Shown: piece by piece, positions 1-10,002 of the stretch | Position numbering within the stretch: the stretch's first letter is position 1 | Layout of the letters: every line of letters begins with the position of its first letter | Source of the DNA: an uncultured Candidatus Saccharibacteria bacterium | Lineage (GTDB): Bacteria > Patescibacteriota > Saccharimonadia > CAZHVB01 | Length of the DNA stretch: 59,351 nt | Assembly (NCBI GenBank): GCA_964600295.1 | Contig: CAZRIY010000003.1 | Location: 1-59,351, forward strand | Direction: 5' to 3' | Translations under genes and position numbers: made by a program | The notes under the pieces: generated by a model | Told to the model about the DNA's origin: nothing | Seen by the model: only the letters and a program-made list of their open reading frames with translations | Database searches by the model: none

Positions 1-663
1 AATTTCGGTATAAAACTTGATAGTACTGGGCCTCAAGCCGCTGACTTTGGCCAGCTTAGCTCTTCCAATTAGAGCTCTCGTTGCGGTCGATTCAGCCGGT
101 TTTTTGGTTTTTGGTTCCATGGCTTTGGTATCGATCTCTGGCAGAGGAGAAATCGCGGTTTTGGCCAGCCGGCGCATTACCACAGTAGTAATCTGCTTAC
201 CCGAGGGTAGTCGGATAAAATCCACCTCGCCCTCTTCGTAAATCGTAAAACCGAGCTTTTTGTAGAATTCAACACCGCTGGCGTAGATGGGTACTCTTAA
301 TAGTATTGGCTTCTCGCCCAGCCACTGCTTAGCTTGATCAAATAGTTTGCTGCCCATGCCTTGGCGCTGATTTTGGGGCAAGCTGTGCTGTTCATAAATT
401 TCGCCAAAACCTTGGTCTTTACGCGCCGCTAGGAAGGCTAGGATATTGCGGCCCTCAGCGGCTACCCATACTCGATAGGAGGGACTGCGTAAAATATGCT
501 GCCATTCGTTGGTCTTGGCATTAAAATCTAGCGAGCGCACATCGTTTTCGTCGATGCCCTGCGCCAGATCAACATAGTTTTTAATCCAGCTGGTAGCTTG
601 GACATAAACAATGCCAATAACGTCACCCTCACCCGCCTGTCTGATAACTTGATCTGCAGCCAT
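1..663 (-). CDS. GNAT-family N-acetyltransferase with C-terminal HTH-like extension (3' end runs off the window; absent from supplied ORF track)
   Basis: Own reading of the minus strand: ATG at 663-661 and no stop in frame down to base 1 (221 codons). Translation MAADQVIRQAGEGDV...QRQGMGSKLFDQAKQWL...GFTIYEEG has a GNAT-like acetyl-CoA motif. The last ~25 aa (ALIGRAKLAKVSGLRPSTIKFYTEI) resemble the start of a MerR-type HTH. Confidence 0.55.
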   Translation of the reverse strand, partial: MAADQVIRQAGEGDVIGIVYVQATSWIKNYVDLAQGIDENDVRSLDFNAKTNEWQHILRSPSYRVWVAAEGRNILAFLAARKDQGFGEIYEQHSLPQNQRQGMGSKLFDQAKQWLGEKPILLRVPIYASGVEFYKKLGFTIYEEGEVDFIRLPSGKQITTVVMRRLAKTAISPLPEIDTKAMEPKTKKPAESTATRALIGRAKLAKVSGLRPSTIKFYTEI

Positions 664-774
664 CACTATGGTTACTACTTATTAGTTACTATAACTTCTA
701 AATTCAAGAAGACCAAGCAGGAATGGATAGGGGAAGCGAGCCGAGGCCCGGATCATCCAGTCCTGCTCGACCTT

Positions 775-1122
775 CTATACCCTCTTCTCGGTTACCTTGC
801 TACCGACAACACCGCCTGTAACCAGGAGTGCAATCCCCAGCAAGAACCATAGTATGAATGGCTCTTGCTTAATTGTCGCATCCACCGCGCGAAACAACAC
901 CGGGATTGCCGAGAACACGCACCCTAGTGCTATTGCGGTCAAGAACACCAGCCAACCCTTACTTTCCTGTTTGGCTGTCTCATCCGGGCGTTGCGTGAAC
1001 AACCAGGCAACTGCCCAAAACAAACCACCGGCAGCTACCAAGATCAACACTATGTCCAAGATCCACCCCCATTCCTGCTTGTAAACGAAAGAACGATCGA
1101 TATTCGATCGTCCCACATACAT
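775..1122 (-). CDS. small integral membrane protein (about 4 predicted TM helices)
   Basis: 115-aa ORF with ATG start. Hydrophobic stretches WGWILDIVLILVAAGGLFWAVAWLF, WLVFLTAIALGCVFSAIPVLF and ILWFLLGIALLVTGGVV. Confidence 0.45.
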   Translation of the reverse strand: MYVGRSNIDRSFVYKQEWGWILDIVLILVAAGGLFWAVAWLFTQRPDETAKQESKGWLVFLTAIALGCVFSAIPVLFRAVDATIKQEPFILWFLLGIALLVTGGVVGSKVTEKRV

Positions 1123-1171
1123 TGATCGCTACATGCGAATCAACGTATTTTATTTAATCACTGTTAGATAG

Positions 1172-1948
1172 TTAGTCAATAGGAATCTTTAAATATACCT
1201 TTTCCCAATCTTCTAAACTAAGCTCCTGAGCTCGAGCCGCCGGATCAATTCCAATATTCTTAAGAATTTGAGAACATTGATTTGGATCTAGATGCAAGCC
1301 GGCGGCCAGCGAATTCTTGAGTTGTTTGCGTTTACCGCTAAAGCCGGCTTTGAATAAACGGAAAAGTTGCTCGGTTTTCGCTGCAAAAGCCGGCTTGGAA
1401 CGGCGTTTTATCTGGATTAAAGCCGCATCAACCTTGGGCGACGGCTGAAACAGCGCTTTGGGTACTATCCTCAACAGTTTGGGTCCGGCATAATACTGCA
1501 CGCTCAGGGCCAGTAATGACATTTGGCCAGGGCCGGCCGTAATCCGCTCGCCAACTTCTTTTTGGACTAGCAGCGCCATTAATATGGGCGGATTGGGACT
1601 CTCCAGCAAAGAGCGTAGCAGTTTTGACGTCAGGTAGTAGGGCAGATTGGCCACCACCTTATAATCTGGCGAGAGTTGATTAAGATCGAAATTTAGAATA
1701 TCGCCCGGTACTACTCGCAAATTATCGGCTTTGATGCTGTTCGATAGATCTGCGGCCAGCTGTTCGTCTTTTTCAACCGCTGTCACCTGCTTGGCTCTTG
1801 GCACCAGCAACTTGGTTAGCGTGCCCAAGCCTGGTCCAATCTCCAAAACCGTGTCAGATTTGGTTATTTCGCCGGCATCAACCACTGCCTTCAAGCTATC
1901 CTGATCAAACAGCCAATGTTGGCCCAGCAATTTCTTGGTATCTGTCAT
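1172..1948 (-). CDS. rsmA: 16S rRNA (adenine1518/1519-N6)-dimethyltransferase
   Basis: 258 aa. Contains GQHWLFDQ, the SAM motif LEIGPGLGTLT and NLPYYLTS, which are typical of KsgA/RsmA. Confidence 0.9.
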   Translation of the reverse strand: MTDTKKLLGQHWLFDQDSLKAVVDAGEITKSDTVLEIGPGLGTLTKLLVPRAKQVTAVEKDEQLAADLSNSIKADNLRVVPGDILNFDLNQLSPDYKVVANLPYYLTSKLLRSLLESPNPPILMALLVQKEVGERITAGPGQMSLLALSVQYYAGPKLLRIVPKALFQPSPKVDAALIQIKRRSKPAFAAKTEQLFRLFKAGFSGKRKQLKNSLAAGLHLDPNQCSQILKNIGIDPAARAQELSLEDWEKVYLKIPID

Positions 1949-2355
1949 AGATTCGGTAGCTCTTTAAGCCAGATCCGATGTAGTTGCGGCGGGAAAACTC
2001 GCAGGCCGGGAACTCGTGTGATATCAATCCACATTGGCCGGTAAAAATTGCTCGGGGAGTGGCGCTGATACTCGGCGCTATCTGGGTGCAACTTGGGCGT
2101 GCCAGATTGGTAGCGACCCAGATAAAGATACTGAATTCCGCGCAGGGAGTTGGCTCGCCCTAATAGATGTACTAGTTCGGCTTTGACCGAGGTTTCCTCG
2201 TATAGTTCCCTCAACGCCGCCTGCTCATGGGTTTCTCCTGGTTCAACGCCGCCGCCAGGAAAAGAATAATAGGTTAAATTCTTTTTGCGTCTATAGATAA
2301 GCAACAACTGGCCTTTTTTGATCACGGCCATAGCTGCCCGTCTTCTGGTTATCAT
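1945..2355 (-). CDS. NUDIX hydrolase
   Basis: Nudix box GGGVEPGETHEQAALRELYEETSV. The ATG at 2355 overlaps the upstream stop; the track start at 2358 is a GTG. Confidence 0.85.
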   Translation of the reverse strand: MITRRRAAMAVIKKGQLLLIYRRKKNLTYYSFPGGGVEPGETHEQAALRELYEETSVKAELVHLLGRANSLRGIQYLYLGRYQSGTPKLHPDSAEYQRHSPSNFYRPMWIDITRVPGLRVFPPQLHRIWLKELPNL

Positions 2356-2771
2356 CACTGGATAAGTTTTAAACCGGTGGCTGGGTCTTCGGCCCGCGTT
2401 AACAGCTGATCAAACACCTGAAGATAGATCTCGGCCGTGCCGCCTACTTTAGCCTCCTTTAGGTGTCCACCAATGGTCTGCAATCGACTATCGGCTAATT
2501 CTATATGCAGATGCAGAATGATTTGCTCGCTCCAGGTTGAGACATTGCCGCTGATACTCAAGATTTCGTATAGACCATCCAGTTTTTGCCACTGGTAAGT
2601 TTTGTGACCTAAGTCGTAATAACCGATTTCTGCCCCATCTACCGCGCCGATGCCGTTTAGCCAGCCGGCGGTAATCTGGTGCTGGCTGCAGAACTCTACC
2701 ACCGTCCGCACCAATGGTTCACCTTTAGAGAGCACCAATAAGTGGCCACCGTTAACTTTTTGGCTTTTCAT
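2355..2771 (-). CDS. PPC (DUF296) domain protein
   Basis: 138 aa. The pattern LLVLSKGEPLVRTVVEFC...ITAGWLNGIGAV...ILSISGNV...HLHIELAD is typical of the PPC/DUF296 fold. Confidence 0.65.
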   Translation of the reverse strand: MKSQKVNGGHLLVLSKGEPLVRTVVEFCSQHQITAGWLNGIGAVDGAEIGYYDLGHKTYQWQKLDGLYEILSISGNVSTWSEQIILHLHIELADSRLQTIGGHLKEAKVGGTAEIYLQVFDQLLTRAEDPATGLKLIQ

Positions 2772-2798
2772 ATCGCTTATTGTATCAGAGGCTAGTAG

Positions 2799-4019
2799 CT
2801 AGTAGAGGCCCATTTTGCGCGCACAGGCTGGCCACTGGCCCCAGCCGGATCGGGCTTGCAAGCGCTGGGCAGCGGCATCTTGGACCTCGGGCGGTGCTTG
2901 ATACGCATACTGATAACCAGTGCCCATGCCTTGCCAGGTACCGGGGCTGAACTGATAGGCTCCGTGGTAGCCGTTGCCGCTATTCCTAGTGTAATCTCCA
3001 CCGCTTTCGCAAAGACGGAGCTGCAACCAAACGTCGCCCGCAAAGGCTACTCCCCTGACCACAACTCTAGTAACCGGCTGGTTGACAACCACAGTTTGCA
3101 AAGCTTCGCGGCTGACTTCGACGCCATTATGAAAGTTGACTTGGTAAGTAACCAGTTGCTTGCCCGGAGCTCCGGGTTGACGAATTTCTTCATAACCGGG
3201 CGGTTTATTATTATCGAAGATGTTTTGGACGGGGGGCGTAATTGTTTCTTCAACCGCAACTACTTCTTTACCGACTCGAGTTACCGTTATCTGCATACCC
3301 GTGGTTAGCGGAGTGCTGCGATTGACGCTGACGATATCATCATCGCTTAATACCAGACCTTTTTCTCTCAACATGGCGCCAACGGTGGACGCGCGTGATC
3401 GTAATTCCAGAGTCTGACCATCAACCATTACACTCAGCGGTACCGCCCGTTCCACCTCAATCCGGTGACCCAAAACGCCCACCCCCACGAAATCGCGGAT
3501 TAGATCGGTTTTATAGCCGTCCTCTGGGTACATAGTCAGCCCAGCCGAACGTTCGGCAATCAGTTTGGGGTTTTGATACGGGGTTTTAACAAAAATTTCA
3601 TGGCCTTGATCGATAATAACCGCTGGCTTGGCCCGATAAACATTGATATAAAAAACCTTGGTATTAATTACCGTGTTCAGGGCTGGCTCCACCAAGTCAT
3701 CTTCAACCAACCGAACTTTGGCCCGGGCCAGGACTTCGGCTACGGTTTTGGCATCGGTAGCAAAACCTTGACGGGCGCCGTCAACCGCCAAACTAATAAC
3801 CGTGCCGTTTTGGGCTTGGGCGGCTGGCACTAGCCACCACCAAGCCGCCATTACTAGAAGCAATGAAGCAGTGGCCATAACTGATGGACCACGCAAGTAT
3901 TTGGGAATAAATCTCCCAAATTTTGCGCTTCTAGAGTAAATTCGACGTAAGATAGCTTGCCTTCCTCTCAATAGATTAAGGTAATCCCCTCTGGTCAAGT
4001 CAAGTCCAGATACTATCAA
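2799..4019 (-). CDS. RpfB-like resuscitation-promoting factor / cell-wall hydrolase (DUF348 repeats, G5, Rpf transglycosylase-like domain)
   Basis: N-terminal TM segment, repeated DUF348-like segments, a G5-like region (...PGAPGKQLVTYQV...) and the C-terminal Rpf motif CESGGDYTRNSGNGYHGAYQFSPGTWQ. The track start is a TTG and the true start is uncertain. Confidence 0.8.
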   Translation of the reverse strand: MIVSGLDLTRGDYLNLLRGRQAILRRIYSRSAKFGRFIPKYLRGPSVMATASLLLVMAAWWWLVPAAQAQNGTVISLAVDGARQGFATDAKTVAEVLARAKVRLVEDDLVEPALNTVINTKVFYINVYRAKPAVIIDQGHEIFVKTPYQNPKLIAERSAGLTMYPEDGYKTDLIRDFVGVGVLGHRIEVERAVPLSVMVDGQTLELRSRASTVGAMLREKGLVLSDDDIVSVNRSTPLTTGMQITVTRVGKEVVAVEETITPPVQNIFDNNKPPGYEEIRQPGAPGKQLVTYQVNFHNGVEVSREALQTVVVNQPVTRVVVRGVAFAGDVWLQLRLCESGGDYTRNSGNGYHGAYQFSPGTWQGMGTGYQYAYQAPPEVQDAAAQRLQARSGWGQWPACARKMGLY

Positions 4020-4128
4020 GGATCCCCGGGGGTGTCAAACGACTTTTTCACAGCATTTAAGGTATCAAAACTGGCCCGTTCGACCATAAAAAACCTCTGT
4101 TAAACATAAGTTTTATGATATACGTGTG

Positions 4129-4148
4129 CTACTGAATAAATTCAGTAG
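4129..4148. promoter_or_regulatory. 20-bp palindrome sharing the CTACTGAA-N4-TTCAGTAG core
   Basis: CTACTGAAT-aa-ATTCAGTAG lies between the pcrA stop and the rpfB-like start. Confidence 0.4.
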
Positions 4149-4154
4149 TCTCTT

Positions 4155-6272
4155 CTAGAGTTTCTCGAGAGGCGCCACACTCAAGCTCAAGTGTCTGGTT
4201 TGACCGCTATCAAAACTAACCGTTGCCTCATCTCTGGCTATGGCGGTAACGGTGCCGACGCCGAATTTGGGGTGTTTAACGCTATCCCCCACTTTAAAGC
4301 TCGGCCAATCGGCGTCGATTTCAGGTGTGGAAATTGCTACCTCGTCAAAATTCGAAGACACTTGGGCCAGATCAGCCAGTTCGGCCAAAAAACGGGCCGG
4401 AGGATTGCGCATCACTCCGCCATACAATAAGCGGGCTGCCGCATGTATTAGATGGAGCTCTTCACGGGCTCTGGTCATCCCGACATAGCATAGCCGGCGT
4501 TCTTCTTCCATTTGGTCTTGATCGAACAGACTGCGACTGTGGGGAAATACTCCCTCTTCCATGCCCGTCATAAATACCACCGGAAATTCCAGCCCCTTTG
4601 CCGCGTGTAGCGTCATCAATGTCACGCTATCGGCGGCCTCATCGTACTCATCAACATCAGCAATCAGTGCCACTTCTTCCAAAAAGCCGGCCAACCCCAA
4701 TTCATCATAGTTTTGAGCCACGCTAATTAACTCTTGGACATTCTCAATCCGGTCCGCCGCCAAGATGGTGCCGTCATTGAGATAGTCCAAGTAGCCGGAG
4801 CGCTTGATAACTAATTCAGTCAACTCGGCTACCGATTGTTTTTGAGCCGCCTGGCGTAAGCGCTTAACCAAGGCCAGGAATTGATTGAGAGCAACTGTGG
4901 CTCTGGGCATTAAACCGGGAATCTTATCGACTCGGGTGAGGGTATCCCATAAGCCACCGTTTTGATTCTGGGCATGAGCTAGAAAGGTTTGTAGACTTTT
5001 TTCACCTAAACCTCGCGGCGGTAAGTTAATAATTCGCCGCCAGGCAATCAAATTGTTCGGTTGATAAATAAAATTCAGATAAGCCAACACATCCTTGATC
5101 TCTTTGCGTTCATAAAAACGTACTCCGCCCACTACTCGGTAGGGCATACCGTGTCGTACAAAAGCCTCTTCTAGTGAACGTGACTGGGCGTTGGTGCGGT
5201 AAAGCACCGCAAAGTCTCGCAGGCTGCGCCTCCCCTCTGCCACCGCCCGGTTAATAGTTCGTACAATCCATTCGCTTTCGGCAATCTCACTCTGTACCGG
5301 ATGAATCTGCACCGGCAGTCCACCAGTTTTCTCCGTCCAAAGATGCTTTTGGGAGCGCTGCTGATTTTTGTCAATCACGGCTTGGGCGGCGCTTAAAATC
5401 TGCTTTGTGGAGCGATAATTTTGCTCTAGCTTAATTACTTTGGCTTTTGGATAATCCCGCTCAAAATCTAAAATATTGCGGAAATTGGCACCCCGCCAGG
5501 AATAAATGCTTTGCCAATCGTCACCGACTACGCACAGATTCTGGTGGGCTTGGGCCAGTAGGCCGGCGAAGCGATATTGGGCCTGATTGGTGTCTTGGTA
5601 TTCATCAATCAAGATGTAACGAAAATGATCTTGCCATTGCTTGAGAACTTTTGGACGTGTCTCGAACAGTTTAACGGTCATCATTAACAGATCGTCAAAA
5701 TCCAGGGCTGAGGCTTCGTGCAATAGCCGCTGATAATTGGGATAAACCTGGGCCGCCGCTTCTTGAGCCGAACCACTGGCCAGGCGTTGGTATTCTTCTG
5801 GTCCCACCAACTCATTCTTGGCGGTCGAAATAAGACTTTTGATCAACTTAGGATGGTATTGTTTCTCATCAATCCTAACGTTGCGCATTGCTTGCTTGAT
5901 GGCGGCCAAGCTGTCGGCTCCATCAAAGATGGTAAAGCTAGAGGAAAGCCCTATTTGGCCGGCCTCACTCCGTAAAATCCGCGCACAGATGGAGTGAAAC
6001 GTTCCCAAGAAAGGCAAGAGAGCTCGCTCAAAACTAGACCTTCCCAGTAGCCGCAAAACCCGACCGCGCATTTCGCCCGCCGCCTTGTTGGTAAAAGTTA
6101 CCGCCAGAACTTGTGCGGGTTTAATTTTTTTAACTGCGATCAAATAGGCAATGCGGTGGGTTAAGGTTTTGGTTTTACCACTACCGGCGCCGGCCAAAAT
6201 CAACAAAGGTCCCTCGGTATACTTAACGGCTTCCTTTTGGGGCGGGTTAAGGCCCTCGAACAAACTTAGCAT
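4155..6272 (-). CDS. pcrA: ATP-dependent DNA helicase PcrA/UvrD (SF1)
   Basis: 705 aa. Walker A AGAGSGKT, DEYQDT, YRS and VTLMTLHAAKGLEFPVVF motifs, plus a C-terminal Tudor-like tail. Confidence 0.92.
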   Translation of the reverse strand: MLSLFEGLNPPQKEAVKYTEGPLLILAGAGSGKTKTLTHRIAYLIAVKKIKPAQVLAVTFTNKAAGEMRGRVLRLLGRSSFERALLPFLGTFHSICARILRSEAGQIGLSSSFTIFDGADSLAAIKQAMRNVRIDEKQYHPKLIKSLISTAKNELVGPEEYQRLASGSAQEAAAQVYPNYQRLLHEASALDFDDLLMMTVKLFETRPKVLKQWQDHFRYILIDEYQDTNQAQYRFAGLLAQAHQNLCVVGDDWQSIYSWRGANFRNILDFERDYPKAKVIKLEQNYRSTKQILSAAQAVIDKNQQRSQKHLWTEKTGGLPVQIHPVQSEIAESEWIVRTINRAVAEGRRSLRDFAVLYRTNAQSRSLEEAFVRHGMPYRVVGGVRFYERKEIKDVLAYLNFIYQPNNLIAWRRIINLPPRGLGEKSLQTFLAHAQNQNGGLWDTLTRVDKIPGLMPRATVALNQFLALVKRLRQAAQKQSVAELTELVIKRSGYLDYLNDGTILAADRIENVQELISVAQNYDELGLAGFLEEVALIADVDEYDEAADSVTLMTLHAAKGLEFPVVFMTGMEEGVFPHSRSLFDQDQMEEERRLCYVGMTRAREELHLIHAAARLLYGGVMRNPPARFLAELADLAQVSSNFDEVAISTPEIDADWPSFKVGDSVKHPKFGVGTVTAIARDEATVSFDSGQTRHLSLSVAPLEKL

Positions 6273-6340
6273 TATTACATTTTAACAAGCCAGCCGAAGC
6301 GACCCTTCAAACAAACGTCTCAATAATTTACTTGTGGAGT

Positions 6341-6739
6341 TTAAATCCTACGAAAGTAGATATAACCCAGCCCGGCCACTACTATCAGCAAAAGTATTAC
6401 CACTGCCCACAACAGCTCTCTGCCCAATCTTTTGCCCAGACTGGATTTGGCCGCAATCGGTAGCTTGGAAGCACGTTTGGGTATATCTAAAATCTCCGGA
6501 GCTGGGTCGAGCGTATTGGCAACTGGTAGCGGTTCGATAACGGTTCTCTTAGTTCGGGTAGCAACGGTCTCGGGCTTGGCTGGCGATGTTGCGGCCTCGG
6601 GATGAAAAGTTTGGCCAGGAGTATGGATGACGGCTGGAGTTGGATCGACCGGTTTGAGGGCGGCAGGTTTACGGATCGCCTTTTTGCGCCTGTGCGTCTT
6701 TTTGGGCGGACCAAAATTAACTGGTAGTCTTTCTTCCAT
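6341..6739 (-). CDS. hypothetical Pro-rich protein with C-terminal TM anchor
   Basis: About 132 aa. Basic, Pro-rich N-terminus and C-terminal WAVVILLLIVVAGLGYIYF. No recognisable family. Confidence 0.4.
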   Translation of the reverse strand: MEERLPVNFGPPKKTHRRKKAIRKPAALKPVDPTPAVIHTPGQTFHPEAATSPAKPETVATRTKRTVIEPLPVANTLDPAPEILDIPKRASKLPIAAKSSLGKRLGRELLWAVVILLLIVVAGLGYIYFRRI

Positions 6740-6784
6740 CAAACGACTCTCTATTCCTTACTAATCCACAGTTTAGCATAAGGA

Positions 6785-7588
6785 CTATTTGCTGCGTTTG
6801 GCAACTGTTTGGTTTTTTTGGGGAATACGGTCACTCCCCTGGGCTGATTTCACAATCGACGAAAATTCATAAGAATTAAGGGAGGCGCCACCCACTAAAA
6901 AACCATCTAAAGTTTTGATCTTCAAATATTCTTTGGCAAATTCCGGCACTACCGATCCACCATAGATTACTCGCACGGCCGCCGATACCACCTCACCGTA
7001 TAGTTCAGTCACTGTCTTTCGAATTGCCGTGATAGCATCCTTAACTTGCTCGGGCTTGGCAATTTCACCGGTGCCAATGGCCCAGACTGGTTCATAAGCC
7101 ACCACTACTGAGGCTACTTCCCGGCCAGTTAGCATTATCAGACCCGCGGCCAGTTGATCATGAATTATGCGTTTGGTTTCATCGTCCTGGCGTTCAAATA
7201 AATTCTCGCCCACGCAGATAATTGGCGTCATCTGGTTGCGTACCACCGCGGCCGCTTTGCGGGCTATAACGTCATTGGTTTCGCCAAAATGCATCCGTCG
7301 TTCGGAATGCCCCACAATCACATATTTGGCCAGTCCGCGAACTTGGGCGGCTGAGACTTCGCCGGTATAGGCGCCGTGATCAAGATAATGAACATTCTGG
7401 GCGCCAACTTCGAATTTCATCGGTTTGAGTTGTCGTTTGAGCGGTTCCAGCCCCATCAATGATGGGCACAACACTATTTCGACTCGTGCGGAGGCGCTCA
7501 AAGTCGGTTCCAATTGTTCCACCAGCCGCTCGGCCTCTGCGAGAGTTAAATTCATCTTCCAGTTGGCAACCACCAGGCGTTTTCGCAT
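6785..7588 (-). CDS. tpiA: triosephosphate isomerase
   Basis: VVANWKMN, VGHSERR and AYEPVWAIGTG motifs. ATG at 7588; the track start at 7594 is a TTG. Confidence 0.92.
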   Translation of the reverse strand: MRKRLVVANWKMNLTLAEAERLVEQLEPTLSASARVEIVLCPSLMGLEPLKRQLKPMKFEVGAQNVHYLDHGAYTGEVSAAQVRGLAKYVIVGHSERRMHFGETNDVIARKAAAVVRNQMTPIICVGENLFERQDDETKRIIHDQLAAGLIMLTGREVASVVVAYEPVWAIGTGEIAKPEQVKDAITAIRKTVTELYGEVVSAAVRVIYGGSVVPEFAKEYLKIKTLDGFLVGGASLNSYEFSSIVKSAQGSDRIPQKNQTVAKRSK

Positions 7589-7694
7589 ACCCAAAATTGT
7601 AATGCTTAAGCTGAGGGGTGTCTAATATAGAAAAAGGGCCAGGGGTTGAATATCAAAAAAAATCGATATTGTGGCCCCGGGCCCTAAAGCAGAA

Positions 7695-7907
7695 CTAGCC
7701 GGCATCGAAATAGCGAACAAATCCGCCGCAGGCAGTGCAATAAACATCACCATCATGCCACATCAAACTGTGGTTGCGCACTTCCTGCTGGCTTTTGTCT
7801 GCTCCGCAATGCGGGCAATCGGTCCAGGGACCAATTTCTTTAGCCGCTTTTTCAGCAGCTTCCCTTATTTGCTGGAGCATTTTTAGCTGACTCTTCTGCT
7901 CACTCAC
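7695..7907 (-). CDS. small zinc-ribbon protein
   Basis: Two Cys pairs, CPHCG...CTACGG. The GTG at 7907 lies 8 nt after an AAGGAGG Shine-Dalgarno sequence. Confidence 0.45.
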   Translation of the reverse strand: MSEQKSQLKMLQQIREAAEKAAKEIGPWTDCPHCGADKSQQEVRNHSLMWHDGDVYCTACGGFVRYFDAG

Positions 7908-7945
7908 TAGACTCACCTCCTTGGCGATCGCAAGTGATAGGTTAA

Positions 7946-9166
7946 TTATACTTCTTTGGCAAGCAGAGCTTCTACTCCTGGCAGTTTACCCCCAGCCATC
8001 AGTTCTAGGGCCGCGCCGCCGCCGGTTGATACCAGATCAAAATCCTGACCAGCGTCAAGATCAGCGCTAATCACAAAACCCGCCGTATCACCGCCACCAA
8101 TAATGGTCGTGGCATCGGTTTCTTTAAGTGCCGTCATTAGCTCCATCGAGCTGTAGACAAAGCCTGGTAGTTCCGTCATCCCCAGCGGGCCATTCCAAAT
8201 CACCGTACCGGCTTCTTTGACCGCCGCTAGCACACTGTCTGTGCTGGATCGGCCGAAGTCCAGGATATAGTCATCCTTGGCTACATCGTGGGTCATAACT
8301 TCAGCTCGCCGTTCGTCGGGATCAATCTTCTTGGCCACCGCTACGTCGCTTTCCGGCAGTTCCAAAAACGGCTTGCTATTCTTACCAAAGCGCTGCTCAA
8401 TGTGGTTGTAAATCCGCTGAATCACCAATTCCTGCGCCTGTTCCCAAACGCTTTTGCCAATTTCAAAGCCTTGTTGCCTGAGAAAAGTGTTGGCCATGGC
8501 TCCGCCGACAATTAATCTATCGGCCATAGTCACAAATCGCTCAAGCAGCTGAATTTTGTCCGAAACTTTGGCCCCGCCAATAATCGCTACCAGCGGGCGC
8601 TTGGGATTGGCCATAACTTCAGTGATAGTATCAACTTCCTTTTCTAGCAGTAAGCCCGCCACTGCGGGCAAAAACTTGGTGATGGCATCTGTAGAGGCAT
8701 GCGCACGGTGCGCTACGCCAAAGCCATCCTGGACAAATACTTCGGCTAGCTTGGCCAGTTCTTGGGCAAACTCGGGGTCATTTTTCTCTTCGCCCGGGTG
8801 AAAACGTAGATTTTCCAGCAATAAGATTTCCATCGGCTCGAGCTCGTTAACCGCGCTGTGAATCTGCTTGCCCACGCAATCGTCAACAAATTTGACCGAT
8901 TGATCCAACAGCTCCCCCAGCCGTTCGGCCGCTCCCTTCAGGCTAAACTTTGGCGCCCTTTTGCCTTCGGGGCGTCCAAGATGGCTAATCAGCACAATTC
9001 GACAATTCTGGTGCAGTAGATATTGAATAGTTGGCAAGCTGGCTTTAATCCGATAATCATCGCGTACGCTGCCGTCATCGTTCATCGGCACATCAAACTC
9101 CACCCGAACCAAAACCGTTTTGCCGGTTAGATCTATATCGTTAACCGTTTGTTTATTAAACGCCAT
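7946..9166 (-). CDS. pgk: phosphoglycerate kinase
   Basis: 406 aa with typical Pgk blocks: RVEFDVP, ISHLGRP, GGAKVSDKI and STGGGA. Confidence 0.95.
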   Translation of the reverse strand: MAFNKQTVNDIDLTGKTVLVRVEFDVPMNDDGSVRDDYRIKASLPTIQYLLHQNCRIVLISHLGRPEGKRAPKFSLKGAAERLGELLDQSVKFVDDCVGKQIHSAVNELEPMEILLLENLRFHPGEEKNDPEFAQELAKLAEVFVQDGFGVAHRAHASTDAITKFLPAVAGLLLEKEVDTITEVMANPKRPLVAIIGGAKVSDKIQLLERFVTMADRLIVGGAMANTFLRQQGFEIGKSVWEQAQELVIQRIYNHIEQRFGKNSKPFLELPESDVAVAKKIDPDERRAEVMTHDVAKDDYILDFGRSSTDSVLAAVKEAGTVIWNGPLGMTELPGFVYSSMELMTALKETDATTIIGGGDTAGFVISADLDAGQDFDLVSTGGGAALELMAGGKLPGVEALLAKEV

Positions 9167-9990
9167 TACTTTTTGAGTTTACCAGATAAGCGGCGGGCAC
9201 GAAGCCGCGTCAACAATTTGCCCAAGGCTGCTATTACTAATAAGCTGGCTCCCGCCAAACTGGCCAGTCCATAGCTTTGTTGCAGGGGCCTACCCAGCGG
9301 CGTAGCTATTTCTGCGGGTAAGAATCCCAGGGGTCCACCGTCAGAATTTGGCGGCGGGTACAGTATAAATAGACCAATCAAGGCTCCTGGCCAACTCACC
9401 CACAGTAGTACTAATCCCGGGCTAACTAGCCGACCCCAGCGCCGACTGAAGTAAACCAACCCCGCCAGCAGTACCAGACTAACCCCCAGTGCTACGCGAA
9501 AATAACGATTAAATAGCTGGTGCGTTTGGGCTGTGAACAACTGCAGCGCAAAAGCGTTTTTCTCAAACTGCCCCTGTTGGGCCGGATCGGTAGTGCGCTC
9601 CTTAACTGCTCCCTCAACGCCCTTGTCGTAAATCGGCGCCGAGATTTGGCTAAAGATTTTTAGGCGTAGGGCCCTAGGGCTGAGCGTTAAAACGTCTTGT
9701 TTACTAATAGTTATCCCGGGTAAATTCGGCACTTCGATTTGCTCATTTGGCTGGGTTGTCGCTTTGGCGCGATACTCCGCCACCCCCTCTTCGCCATCCA
9801 ACCCGCCAGGACTAAAGGCCAATGCTATTAGGGTGGCACTGAGTTCAATAGCTCGCTCCCTCTCGGTTAGCCTGGACAGATTGTATAATCCGAGCGTAGC
9901 TACCAGACTTACCAACAGCAATAAACCGCAAATCCATTTCAGGTCCACGTGCCAATAGGGCCGCATTTTAAGCGGAGATTTCGGAATCAT
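9166..9990 (-). CDS. integral membrane protein, unknown function
   Basis: 274 aa with several hydrophobic helices. Its start overlaps the pgk stop region. Confidence 0.5.
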   Translation of the reverse strand: MIPKSPLKMRPYWHVDLKWICGLLLLVSLVATLGLYNLSRLTERERAIELSATLIALAFSPGGLDGEEGVAEYRAKATTQPNEQIEVPNLPGITISKQDVLTLSPRALRLKIFSQISAPIYDKGVEGAVKERTTDPAQQGQFEKNAFALQLFTAQTHQLFNRYFRVALGVSLVLLAGLVYFSRRWGRLVSPGLVLLWVSWPGALIGLFILYPPPNSDGGPLGFLPAEIATPLGRPLQQSYGLASLAGASLLVIAALGKLLTRLRARRLSGKLKK

Positions 9991-10002
9991 TGAATTGCAC
10001 GC

